A DNA stretch of 64,000 bases from Adineta vaga (Eukaryota; Animalia; Rotifera). Both the position numbers and the translations under genes were made by a program. Shown in pieces: positions 1 to 12,400 of this stretch. Position 1 is the stretch's first letter, and the number at the start of each line of letters is the position of its first letter. The stretch is taken from contig CP075492.1 in NCBI GenBank assembly GCA_021613535.1, positions 7,688,001 through 7,752,000 of the forward strand. The letters are read 5' to 3'. Below the pieces are notes generated by a model that saw only the letters and a program-made list of their open reading frames with translations, ran no database searches and was not told the origin of the DNA.

Positions 1-89
1 ACACGAAATGCATCTTGCTGTCTACGAACAGCTAATGTTTGAGTAATAACTCGAGTTAAATTTGCACGTGAACGTATAACTGGTAACAT
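1..89 (-). CDS. 5' end of a gene running off the window; N-terminus resembles a mitochondrial targeting peptide
   Basis: ATG at 89-87 preceded by acceptor-like ttag; reads MLPVIRSRANLTRVITQTLAVRRQQDAFR (Arg-rich, acid-poor); divergent from the RPA1 paralogue about 285 bp away. Confidence 0.5.
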   Translation of the reverse strand, partial: MLPVIRSRANLTRVITQTLAVRRQQDAFR

Positions 90-373
90 CTTCTTCCTAA
101 TAGAATAGATTTTGAATAAGTTCCAAGAAGAAGAAGAAAATCAATTGATTGATGTAAGTAAATAAAAAACACACAACCAATCAGACGATCGATTGAATGA
201 GATAATAAACAATTGGATTAGTTTCAAAAGAAAAGATTTTATTCAGAAGAAAAATCAAATATAATCTTGTTTAAAAAATTGTTGTAAAACAATGTTAAAC
301 AGCGCCCTCTGTAATTGCATAGATTGAGCATTGTATAATATAATATACGGTATTGATTCGTGCTTTTGACACA

Positions 374-2813
374 ATGACATCAACAAGTTTAAGTTTAACT
401 ACAGATGCAATTGCTGTATGTTTGATAACTTTATTTGTTTTATTGAATATTTAAACAAACGATTTTTCTAGCAATATAAAAATGGAAATACTCAACAAAC
501 AGCAATTGTTAAAATTACTGTAAATAGATGAATTTAGTTGAAAAGAAAAGCATGTTCTTCTTAATCTTTCAGAGTATACGACTGTGTGAAACTACAGCAA
601 CAAGTAGTAGTGATACTGAACGTTATCGTCTATCCATTCATGATGGTCAAGATACATTCAATAGTTTGTTTCTTAAGATGTTCATGTAATGATTAAAAGA
701 TGAACTTTCATTCTTGTTTAGGTTGTATATTATCACCTGAATTGAATAAACTGGTAAAAGAGAAACGTTTACAAGAAAATTCTATTGTTAGACTCGACAA
801 AGTTGCACATGATTCTACAAGTACTGGAAAGTATGTTCAATTCTACAATTATGTCAATTAAATCTTTCATTATTCTATAGATCGTTTTTAGTTTTAATTG
901 ATTTAACAATCTTACCTGAACCTTCCACGACAACTTCTAATAATAATACCAATAAACAAGGAACTACTAATATTTGTCCAATAGGAATGATTACACCTTA
1001 TTTAAATGGAATGTAAGTTCTTGTTATGTTCAAATGAAAGAAAGGTGTTTTTCATCCAATTTGATTTTCTATTAGATGGAAAATTCGTGCACGATGTTTT
1101 GCTAAAAGTGCTATTCGACCTCATCCTGTATGTAATTTTGATTTTCATGACGCTAGTGGTGAAATTCGTATAGTGGCATTTCGTGATGAATGTATGCGAT
1201 GGCATCCAATAATTGAAATTGGAAAAGTAAGTTGAAAAACACGAAGAAATGATAAACTTATAAAAATATATCTTTTCAGGTTTATGATATAATAGGTGTA
1301 CGAGTTAAAATGGCTGATAAACGATGGAATAGTCTTCATAATACATATGAATTAACACTAACAACAGGTTCAGTTATTCGTTTAATTGATGATCCGACTA
1401 TTAACGAAAGTATTCCTGATACACTCTTTAATTTTGTTCCACTTCGAGATATTTCTAAACACACGAATGAATCTTTTGTTGGTAAATTTCTTTTCTTGTC
1501 TTTTTCATTTAATTTCACATGATCTCTGTATTTAATGAAGATGTTATTGGAATTATTGACACCTGTTCAGATGCCATTCCATTTACCAATCGTACTTCTA
1601 ATAAAGATTCCAAACGTCGTGAAATTACTTTAATTGATGAAGACTCAAGTACTTCAATAACTCTATGGGATGATCAAGTAAGTTTATTTGAATGGAAATT
1701 TTTCAAAAAAGAATAATTGGATTGGTTTTAGGCAGAAAATTTCGATGAAGAATTGGCAGAAAATCATGCAGTCGTAGCATTTCGACGTATTCGAGTTGCC
1801 ATTTTTAATAACAGTAATACAAAGATAATAATAATAGTTCAAAGAAAGAAATTAAACTTTATTTTTTCATAGAATATAATCTATCTGGTCATAGAGATAT
1901 GATTATTAAAGTTAATCCTGATGTTCAAGAAGCAAAACATTTGAGAATATGGTACAACGCTGGTGGACGTGTAAAAAATAATCGGATAACAACAAATCGT
2001 CCAATAGCAGAAGGTTTACCTGAGACAATTGTTTAATTGTACTCTAATGTGTGATTTATTTTTTTAGCTTCATGGAAAACAATTGGACAAATTGAAAATG
2101 AAAAACTTGGCAGACAAGGTCGACCTGATTATGTCTCAGTTAAAGCAACATGTATGCATATTGCTAATGATCGAATTGTTTATATGGTTTGCTATTATCG
2201 GTTCATATAAACATTTGACATGATAAAATCTTTTATAGAGCTGTTCAAGTGATGATTGTTATCGAAAAGTAAACAAACTATCATCAGGTGTCTATCATTG
2301 TGATAAATGTCAAAAGGATTTTAAAGAATGTCGATGGACTTATATGCTTCGTGTATGTTTTACTTTTCTTGGAAGAAGAAGAAGATATAGAATTGAAATT
2401 TAGGCTGAAATTGCTGATTCAACTGGTACAATTTGGGTTTCATTTTTTAGACATTTAGGTGAACAACTTATGGGCAATGTAACAGCTGAACAATTTGCAG
2501 AAGCTAAAGAAAATGTAATGAAAAATAGATTATGTATTGATACACATTTATTTTTCTTTTTTCTTTCTAGTCTGATGAAATTCTCATGCAAATTTATTTA
2601 AATAAGAATACATTTCGTGAAAAAATCTTCCGTTTACGTTTTAATGAAGAAACCTTCAATGTGAGTGATACAAAAATTTCTACAATCTCTCTTCATTTTC
2701 GGCTTTTTTTGCAGGATATGACTACAGTTAAAATATCATGTGTGTCAATCAATGATATTGATTACAGTGAATATGGTCAACGTTTAATTGGAATTATTCA
2801 AAATGAATTTTAG
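374..2813 (+). CDS. RPA1: Replication protein A 70 kDa subunit, divergent paralogue A (multi-exon)
   Basis: Spliced model gives OB-F (RYRLSIHDG), OB-A (WKIRAR...DASGEIRIVAF), OB-B (KRREITLIDE...ITLWDDQA) and OB-C with a C4 zinc finger (CSSDDC...CDKC) and ADSTG; ends DYSEYGQRLIGIIQNEF*. Confidence 0.9.
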
Positions 2814-2932
2814 TCTTTGTTTTATTGTAATATTTCGCTTTGTTTCGAAATAATTTTAAATAATATGTTTTTATTTGTAAATATGAATAATATTCAATAA
2901 TTCAGAATGTATTTATTCCAGATTAATTGAAA

Positions 2933-5730
2933 ATGACAGATCAACGACTTACAACCGGTGCTCTTTTGGTAAATGTTCATTTCATTCTATCGGAATACAT
3001 TCATTTTACCAATATGGTTTTTTTCTCAGAGATATTTACGTGGAAATACAACAGAAAAAGCAATATTACAAGTTGTTGTATGTGTTTGTTTGGAAGTTAT
3101 TTTTGAATAAGAAATACGATTGATGAATGTTTAGGGTATTAAAACAATTGATAGTAAAACGGATGATTCGTCAACAGCAACAAAACGTTATCGTCTTATG
3201 TTATCCGATGGAAAAAGTACATTTTCATGTAAGATATTCGTTTTATTATTTCAATGCAAAATTCATCCAGTTTCTGTTCTATATCAATGTTTAGCATGTA
3301 TGCTTGGTACACAAATGAATCATTTAATTGATGATAAATCCTTGAAAGACAATTCTATCGTTCGTATTGAACGTGTTATGGTGAATGCAATTGATAAACA
3401 AAATGGACGGTAAAGTTTCTATGTCGAGAAATCTATCATTCAAAAATTCATGAATATATTGTAGAGTTATGTTGATGATATATGAACTTGAAGTAATTCG
3501 AAGTGATAATGAACGAATCGGAGATCCAGTAGCATTACCATTAACAGATATCATCAATAGTAGTAGTAATTCAAATCGTTTAGGTAAAATTTAGAGAAAT
3601 ATACTCAATAAGATGTTCTATTGGAAATATTTTTAGAAGCAACAAATGATAATCACGCATCCATATCTACAGCAACAGTTGCAGGTATGAAACTTTCGAA
3701 AAAATATTAGTTAGAAGAGCTATATAATAATATAGAGATTTCTCAATCATATCTTTTTCAGCACCTCCAGCTACAAATGTTATTCGTCAAGGTTCCAAAG
3801 CATTACCGACATTAGATGATCGAAATAATGCACAAAAGCCAACTGGTGATAATAATCGTGCTGCTGCTCCCAAAGCAAACAATGCTATTGATAAAGAACG
3901 TATTATCAACATCACTACAATCAACCCATATATGAATAAGTTCGTTTTTTAATAATTTTATTTTCCTTTAGAGAAAGTGAAATTCAAATTTAGGTGGGTC
4001 ATTAAAGCTCGTGTGAGTAGCAAAGGTCAGATAAGAAATTATCAAAATGCACGCGGTCCAGGAAAATTATTCAGTTGTGATCTCGTTGATCAATCGGGTG
4101 AAATTCGTGCGACAGCATTTAATGCAGAATGTGATAAAATATATCCTTTATTAGAAGTTGGCAGGTTTACATTTCGTTTTCAAATACAATTAAATAAAAC
4201 AAGAATTTCTTTCTCTCTATATACTAGGTCTATTATATATCACGAGCATCACTTAAACCAGCAAATCGTCAATTTAATGCATTAAATAATGATTATGAAA
4301 TGACATTTAATCATGATACATGTATTGAAGCATGTGATGCTGGAGAAGGTGATAGTATTCCTCAATTACAATTCAACTTTATACCAATAAGTGAGGTAGC
4401 AAATCGAGAACCAAATACTCTTTGTGGTAAGTATCAACAATCTGAAGTTATTATTACATTGATCTATGAAATTTATCTACGAGAAAACGAACTCATATCT
4501 GGATTTTAAGATGTTATTGCTGTTGTTAAAAGTACGTCAGATATACAAACAATTGTTGGTAAAGCATCACAAAAAGAATTCCATAAACGTGATATATTGT
4601 TAGTTGATGAAAATGCCTCAATCACAGCTACACTATGGGGAAAATATGTAAGATCATTTGATAATAATTCGTTAGAATTACGTATGTGTGTTTTGTTAGG
4701 CTGAAGAATTTAATGGCTCATCGAATCCTGTCATTGCTTTTAAAGGAATTAAAGTTGGCGATTTCAATGGTCGAACATTATCATGTATAAATAGTACATT
4801 GATTTGTGAAGATCCAACAGATACATCACGTACTGCTGAACTTCGAGCTTGGTTTGATCGAGAAGGCAAAACAATGGATTTACCAGATTTATCCAAAGGA
4901 GCAGATATTGGAAATCGACAGACACCATTTAAAACTTTCTCACAAATTATTACTGAGGGTCTTGGCTTGAGTGATAAACCGGATTATATTAACGTGAAAG
5001 CATTAGCTACAATAATTAAAAAAGATTCAGCTGTTTATATGGTAGTTGAGAATATAACTAAATATTGAAATATGCAAAATTATTTTGCATATTTAGATGT
5101 GTCCAGAAAATGGATGTGGAAAGAAAGTTGTCGACGAAAATAATGGCACGTATAGATGTGAAAAATGTAGTAGAAGTTATAAGAATTTTAAATGGGCATA
5201 TATGGTTTCGGTATGTATTATAGGACTGAAAATTATCAATGAAAAGAGAGAATAATATTTCTTCTTCGAAGCAAAATAGTGATAAGTTTAAATGATTTTT
5301 CTATAGGCTGAATTCTCAGATTCAACTGGATCTCAATGGATTAATATATTTCGTAATGAAGCTGAAGCATTATTGGGCATTACTGCTGACGAATTCGGAA
5401 ACTATAGAATGAATGTATGTAATTTCATATTGAATTATACTATTGAGAAAGACTCTTTTGATTGTTTTGTTTCTAGCAAAATGAAAGTATTATTGATGAT
5501 GTTGTTGGTAAAGCAATGAATTGTGAACGAATATTTAAACTTCGTGCTAAAGTTGATCAATTTAATGTAATCAAAATGTGATTTTTAATTTCATAATCGA
5601 TCAAATATTCTTGTTTTAGGATGAGCGAAAAGTTCGTTTTACATGTGTTAGTGTTAGTGACATTGATTGGGCATCAACTAGTCGACGATTAATAGAAGAA
5701 ATCAAACAAATGGAATCGATTCAAAATTAA
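2933..5730 (+). CDS. RPA1: Replication protein A 70 kDa subunit, canonical paralogue B (multi-exon)
   Basis: RYRLMLSDG; WVIKARVSSKGQIRNYQNARGPGKLFSCDLVDQSGEIRATAF; ATLWG; DFNGRTLS; CPENGCGKKV...CEKC zinc finger; stop TAA at 5728-5730. Confidence 0.95.
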
Positions 5731-6459
5731 TCACATCATTTTTCATCGTATTTTTCTTTTTTATTGTACAGATAGAAAAGTTATTTTTTTGTTAATCTTG
5801 AAAGATACTTTTTCCATATATATATAAACACACACACACACAACTGATTGATAAAGAGAATAAAATAGTCTAGAAATGACATGAACAACTAATAAGTCAT
5901 ACATGTGCCTATGAAAAGAGTGTAATGCTTCGTTCAGAGAAATAATCATGAATGCACACAAGCGTTATTAAGTGTTGTGACAATTATGTCAATTGTGCTC
6001 AATATATACAATTTTGCTGTCTTCCGGCAGCAAAAATGCATTTGATTTATCAGATTCTTATTAATTACAGGTAAAAGTAAAACAGTGACGTCAGTTTTTT
6101 CCTTATATTCTCTCTATTCTCTAGAAACAAAATATGTGGTGGGTTAGAATTCAATATATTTCTAATTGACTTATTCAATACAAAAGCAGGCTCTTTCATT
6201 TATTTTTTAGTTAAATTTTATTTCCTGCCATGAGTAATGTCTATAGAGGTAGTATAAATTGTCTCTGTTAGTGTGATCTATAGGTAATCAACGAGAGAAC
6301 AATGCACGACATGTGTATTTCTCACGGTTAATTGAGTCTAATGTCAGGAATTTACTCCCCTCAAATCGTGAAAAAATACTTTATGCATTACTTGACAAAC
6401 TTTTCCAACATACTTAACGATGTGCTTTCATTTTCTGTTCTAGACTCAAACTAACACTG

Positions 6460-6723
6460 ATGGCACGATGGTTTTATTTGGATTTAATTCTCTTTATATG
6501 TCTATTCAGTACTATAAAGATGATGGAATTACCTGATCAACATAATCTTTCAGATGGCGATACAGATGCAGCAAGAGAATTATATTACCCATCTGAACAA
6601 CATGATACAATGATTTATAATGATCTGAGATTTGCACCTGAAGAATCCTTGCCTTCACCTGAATATATCCGTGCTCGTTGGATTGAATTATATCACAAAA
6701 TGAAACAAAATAATCGGAGTTAA
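6460..6723 (+). CDS. small secreted protein of unknown function (87 aa)
   Basis: Single ORF with hydrophobic signal peptide (MARWFYLDLILFICLFST), acidic middle and basic amphipathic C-terminus; acceptor-like ttctag shortly upstream of the ATG. Confidence 0.6.
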   Translation: MARWFYLDLILFICLFSTIKMMELPDQHNLSDGDTDAARELYYPSEQHDTMIYNDLRFAPEESLPSPEYIRARWIELYHKMKQNNRS

Positions 6724-6816
6724 TTTTATTCAAAAAAATCAAAATTTTCTTTTCAATAATGTATCTTAATCTTTGAAAAAAAAGCAGCAAATCAAATAAA
6801 AAAAGATGCAATTTTA

Positions 6817-9084
6817 TTATCTTCTTAATCCCGTTGTATTTGTTCGTTGTATTGATGATTTATTCATATAATTTTGACCAAGTTGAGAGATTTTATTTGC
6901 AAATGATTTCCAAATATTGCAAAGCTGAAAAGGAAGAAGATTATTTCATGAATTTTTTTGTTTAGAGAAATTTACATCGGATGATCCTTGATATTGACTA
7001 TTACCAAGACTACTTAGAATATAAACAAATGCTTCCAAATTTGCATAAACTAATTGTGTTTCAATTTGTACACATTTTAATGCATGTCGATTTCGTTTTT
7101 CAATCATATCAAGATTTACTTCATTCTAAAAACGTATTTAAAATCAATTGTGAGAAAGAGAATTAGCGTACAGAAAGTATTTACCTTTGATGATGTATCT
7201 GTTGTTGATAATGAACGTCTCTGTTGATTATTTGTTTTTTGCATTGCTTTCTGTTCAATTGTTAATGCTTCTTCAAATCGTTTACATAAATCCTAATAGA
7301 TATATATATATATATGTAAAAGAATTGATTTATAAGATAAAGAAAGTTACTTTGTATCCTTGAAGTAAATCAATTAGCATATCAACATGATCATTAATAA
7401 CATCGTCATCACGTTTACATTGCTCCTGAATACGTTCAGATACTGCATTCATTTCAACAGGTAAATCAGCAAGACCAAGTTGAATAGCTGGCCAATAATC
7501 ATTAGCACCTGTTGCCCATTGATCAATACTTGTGGAGTCCGAACTTAATGCTCTACAGAAAATGAATGAAATCTTTTTGATGATAATAATCAAATTTTTG
7601 ATTCTAACTGTAAAGTTTTCTCCATATTTGAAAAATCATCAGCATTTTTTTCTTGTTTTTCTTTAATACTTTTCAAACAATCACGAATTTGAGTTATTTG
7701 TTGATGAATAAATGACATATGCGTTTGACTTATACGAAACATTCGATTACCATCAGTATCTCCTCCGTATTTCTAAACGAATAGAAAATATTATACGAAA
7801 AGAAAATTTTCGAATTTAATTTATTACATCACCGTTCTCATTCGTATTGTACGATGATTTTGGTTCAGAACTGAATTCATCCTGAACATTTTTATATGTT
7901 GCTTTCATATTATCTCCACATGACTATGACAATAAATGCAAGTAAAGATATAGTTTGTTTTGGTTAATATGAAAAGAAACGAACTGTTCCTTGAAATGTG
8001 AGAAAGAATTTGATGATCTCTGTATCACAAATAGTTGGATGACGACATAAAATTTGTAAATATCGTTTCAATGCTCGACGACGTTCTTCGATAAATTCTT
8101 TATCAACTATAAAAACAAAATATAATCGATAATTAGCAGCAATTGAACAAAAAAGAAAAGAGAGACCATTCACAGTTTTCTTTGGTGGAAGTAATGGTAT
8201 TATTCGATATGGATATTTTATAGTTAACAATTCATGTAATGCAAGAAAATCATTATAACGACGTAAAACTTTGTTATTTTGACGCTATCATATATGACGA
8301 AGAAAGAAAGTAAATAGATGATAATACCGAACAATGAAGAAGGTGAAATACGACTTACCATACTGCTAATTTCATATTCGACATGTCGTATAATAACACC
8401 TAAGAAAAAAACGGAAATCTCGTATTAAAGACAATTTTCATAATATAAGATTACTGGTCTTGGTTACCTTTTTTCTCAGATACTACATCTACTTGAATAG
8501 TATCAAGTGCACAGAGATCATTATAACGAAAACATAGTGTAGTTTTTCGTTGATCATTTCGAAGTAGATGTATTAAACGATTTTCTAAAGTATTGATACT
8601 GTCAAGTGTTGGAATAGGTAATTCTAGAATAATAATAAAGAAAAACAAATTATTATATGACTTTCTACGAACCCAAGTTACCTCTATGTGCATAGTTATC
8701 TAATAACTTCTCATCGATATTTTTGCCTTGTTGAGCTAATGCCATCAATGCTAGACATTTATAGAAATCATTACGTGAATTTATTGAATTTGTCTTGATT
8801 ACCATATACCAAATCTGAAGAGAAGATTTCAAAGTAGAGCAATCGATTACCTGTAAAAATTATTCAGTATTCAACGAACTGACTTGATTTAAAGTATTTT
8901 TTGTTAAAGCGTTTGCTTCGAACAAAGGTGCAAACACAGGAAATGTTAACTTATCCAGTCCATGTATACTGATCATTTCATAGAGATCACGATAAAGCGC
9001 TGGAATTGAACCTAAAAGCAATCATTAGAAAATTATGCAAGTTCAGTCGATTCTATAACTACCTCCAACTAAATCTACTGGCAT
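6817..9084 (-). CDS. SNX8: sorting nexin 8 / Mvp1-like PX-BAR protein (multi-exon)
   Basis: N-terminal LALMALAQQG; PX domain EKKG...RHVEYEI...VLRRYNDFLALHELLTIKYPYRIIPLLPPKK...FIEERRRALKRYL...RHP; helical BAR region follows. Confidence 0.9.
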
Positions 9085-9468
9085 TTTCAAACAAAAATGT
9101 CGGCGTTAACGAACACTTTGTAATGAAAGAAGTTTGAAAAGGATAACAACATTATCTAGAATGATAAAGAGTAGTGAAATACTTCAAAATAAGTTTTTCG
9201 ATAGATGACGCTCATTTACAAACTAAATAATAAAATTTAATACGACGAAAATAATTGATTAATACATAATAAACTACTTTCTTATCTTGAACTATAGTTT
9301 TAAACTAAAAATATTATTTAGTAGTAAATCAATTGATACAAAAATGAAGTCCTAGTAACTACAGAAACGAACTCACTCAATCAATGGCTGAATATTCTTT
9401 AAAGCTTTGTTCAAAATAATATCTCGTGGTTTTCAGGTTCATTTGATTACGAATCTATTCAATAGAAT

Positions 9469-12400
9469 ATGATGGCATCGGAAAATGAATTAGATCGAAA
9501 TACTATTTTTGAAAAGTAAGGAATATTTGTTTTACTTTTGAAACGATTCATTCCAATCTCTAGATTTGCTTCTATCAAACGAATGCACGATGAAGTTGGT
9601 CGACAACAAACAGAAGATTATCAAAGACGTTTACAAAAATTGAAAGAAGAAGAAGTGAGCTGTTTTCTTTTTTTATAATTAAAACATTTGATTCTTCAAA
9701 AACCAACATGAAATAGATTGGATTGAAACTATGATATTCTTTTGTTTAGTCTAATTATATGACGAAATTATTGTCACAACAAATTCCAAATCCACCACAA
9801 CAAGATATTTCTGGTCGTGCACAGAATTCTGCACGGTAAATAAGCACTCAATTCGATCAAAAACTGTATTTAAACAGAAAGGATTTGTATGACTTCACTT
9901 AAACAGATGAAACTGTAGAATTGAACATTTCTTTTCCTAATCTTATATGTCAATAAATATTAGGAGGAAGAGTGATCGTTCGAAATGTAGGAGAGAATTG
10001 AAGAGAGGAATTTATCCATAAAGTCTTAAGATTTGATTTATAAACATATCACATAATTATTTGTTTATGAATTTTTAGCCGTGATCTATTTCTAACATCA
10101 AAAAATGATACAAATCAATCGAATATATCTCAATCACAACAGTATCCTCACCGTCAACAACAACAACAACAACAACATCATCATCATCAACCCTATAAAG
10201 TAAATATATATAGAAGAAAACGAACTTAATAATTAATCAATTTATTATAGGCATCGACTCGATCATCTTCCTCATCTCATACTCATCATCAAGATTCATA
10301 TGAAAATATTGATCATGATTGGAATATCGATGATGATATTCAACCATTAAATATTACTGATAATGATGGTTTTGAGGAACGATTACCAAATCGTTTATCC
10401 AATGATGACGATGTTGAAGATTCATATCTAACTGCTTATCATCAATTATTGCAAAATCATCAACAACAACAACAACAAATGATGCTTCAACAAGAGCAAG
10501 AAAATATGTTATCAACCATATTAGAAGCGTCATGTGAAGATGCAACACCAATGACATCACTGGTTGATGTACATCAACAACGAGTACACTTATCACCAAC
10601 ACGTCGAACACCAGTTGCAACAGTTCAGTATGAAAATGTTGAAGAAGAAGAAGAAGAACAAGAAGACGACGACGATGCAGAAGAGGAAGATGAATTAACA
10701 GATCGACCACGAGCACAATCATTTGCTTCAATTGATGATATACCTGTTTCAACGGTTTTTTCCAAGAATGAAAGTAAAAAATCATTGTCGAATTCTTTTC
10801 TTCTATGTTTAATTCTACCGATTCTAGACTTGAAATACAGTGAATACATTCATCAAAAACTGCAAACGGAGGTAAATAATTACTCACGATATATTTATTT
10901 TACAGACTAAAACTTGTTGAAAAAGACAAACAAGGTCTTTTTTCATTTTAAACTGATGTCATGACTTTTATTCATAACAAAAAAGAAAAACCCAGGATAA
11001 TGTTAAGTAAGAGCGTGTAAGAACGGCAAAAACATTTCTCTGTCGACAATAACGATACATCGTCGTCATCATCATCATCGACAACGACTTTATTTTTTCT
11101 TCTTTTCTTTCTTTCAATGAAAGAACGAGCAAAAAAGAAGGAATAAAACCTTATCACACGTTATTTCATATATTTTAATTTTGATGTCATTCACATCATC
11201 AGCTGTATATATAAATACAAAAGACAAGAACAAATTAAAAGATTAGATTCATTCTTTTATCGAAATGAATACATCATTACAATCAAACATATGTAACTCA
11301 AACAACGTATCCAATACGGACAGTAAGTTAACTGATGATTCATGAGAAACTCCCACGAATGTTGGAAAAACTTTGACTTCTATTTAAGTGTCAAATTCAA
11401 TGATTCCAACTAATTCTTCGCCTACAAAATTAGCTTATTCATATTCAAATATTCAAGATATTCTTCAATGTCCAATCTGTCTTGATTGTTTTAAAGATCC
11501 ACGTGTATTACCATGCCAACATGTCATTTGTTATTTATGTCTACCATCATTAATATCAAAAAATAAACTTTGTTCTATCATTACTTGTCCATTATGTCGT
11601 CTAATATTTCCATATACAGATTCTGATCAATTTCCTGTATCATACACACATATTCAAATAAGTGATTTAGTTCCTACGAATTTCGATATTAAAGGACGAT
11701 GTTCGAAATGTAAAGAAATTCACGTTTTGAAGTTTTGTCCTTGCTGTGATTATCATCTATGTGAAAAATGTTACAAGAATGATCGAGGAAATGCAATAAT
11801 TCATTTGGAAAATATTTATCAAACGTTTCAAAATGATTTTGATTATATTCAGACCTTTCAACCAATGGAAGTCAATGAGTTGATGCAAAAAGCGGAGACT
11901 ATGTTAAAAAATTGTCAGCATGTAGCGTATAATGATATTTTATTACTGTTCTATCGTATGAAATACATTCATGAACAAGTCAACAAACTCCCTGTAACAA
12001 AACTCAAACGAATTCATGAAGATAATACTCAAGAGGATACATCTCCAAAAAAACAAATGCGAATTGAATCAGTACAACTCAATGATGATGATGATGATGA
12101 TGATGACGATGGGATCATTTATATAGACACATTAAAACCTTCATCCGTACCCAATGAACTTAGAACTGCTTAAATGAATTAAATAAAAACGATTTTCACT
12201 TCATATAGTACATATAACCAGGATATCTAGTCTAATATATGTTTGTTTTTCTAAAACTATAAATAAGATAATATGTAGAGAAGAAATAAATCTACTTGTT
12301 ATTTTTAGAAAAATGAAGAATACAATCAACAAAATCAAGGAACGAAAGAAAAACGACCATTTTTACGTAAACGTCAAGGTCTGACTCATTATCAAGCACC

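Noticed and set aside
10354-10887. 177-aa antisense ORF and similar shadow ORFs (13419-13804, 14628-14996, 25181-25483, 44453-44907)
   Set aside because: These are antisense or alternative-frame shadows of low-complexity coding exons, with no motifs of their own.
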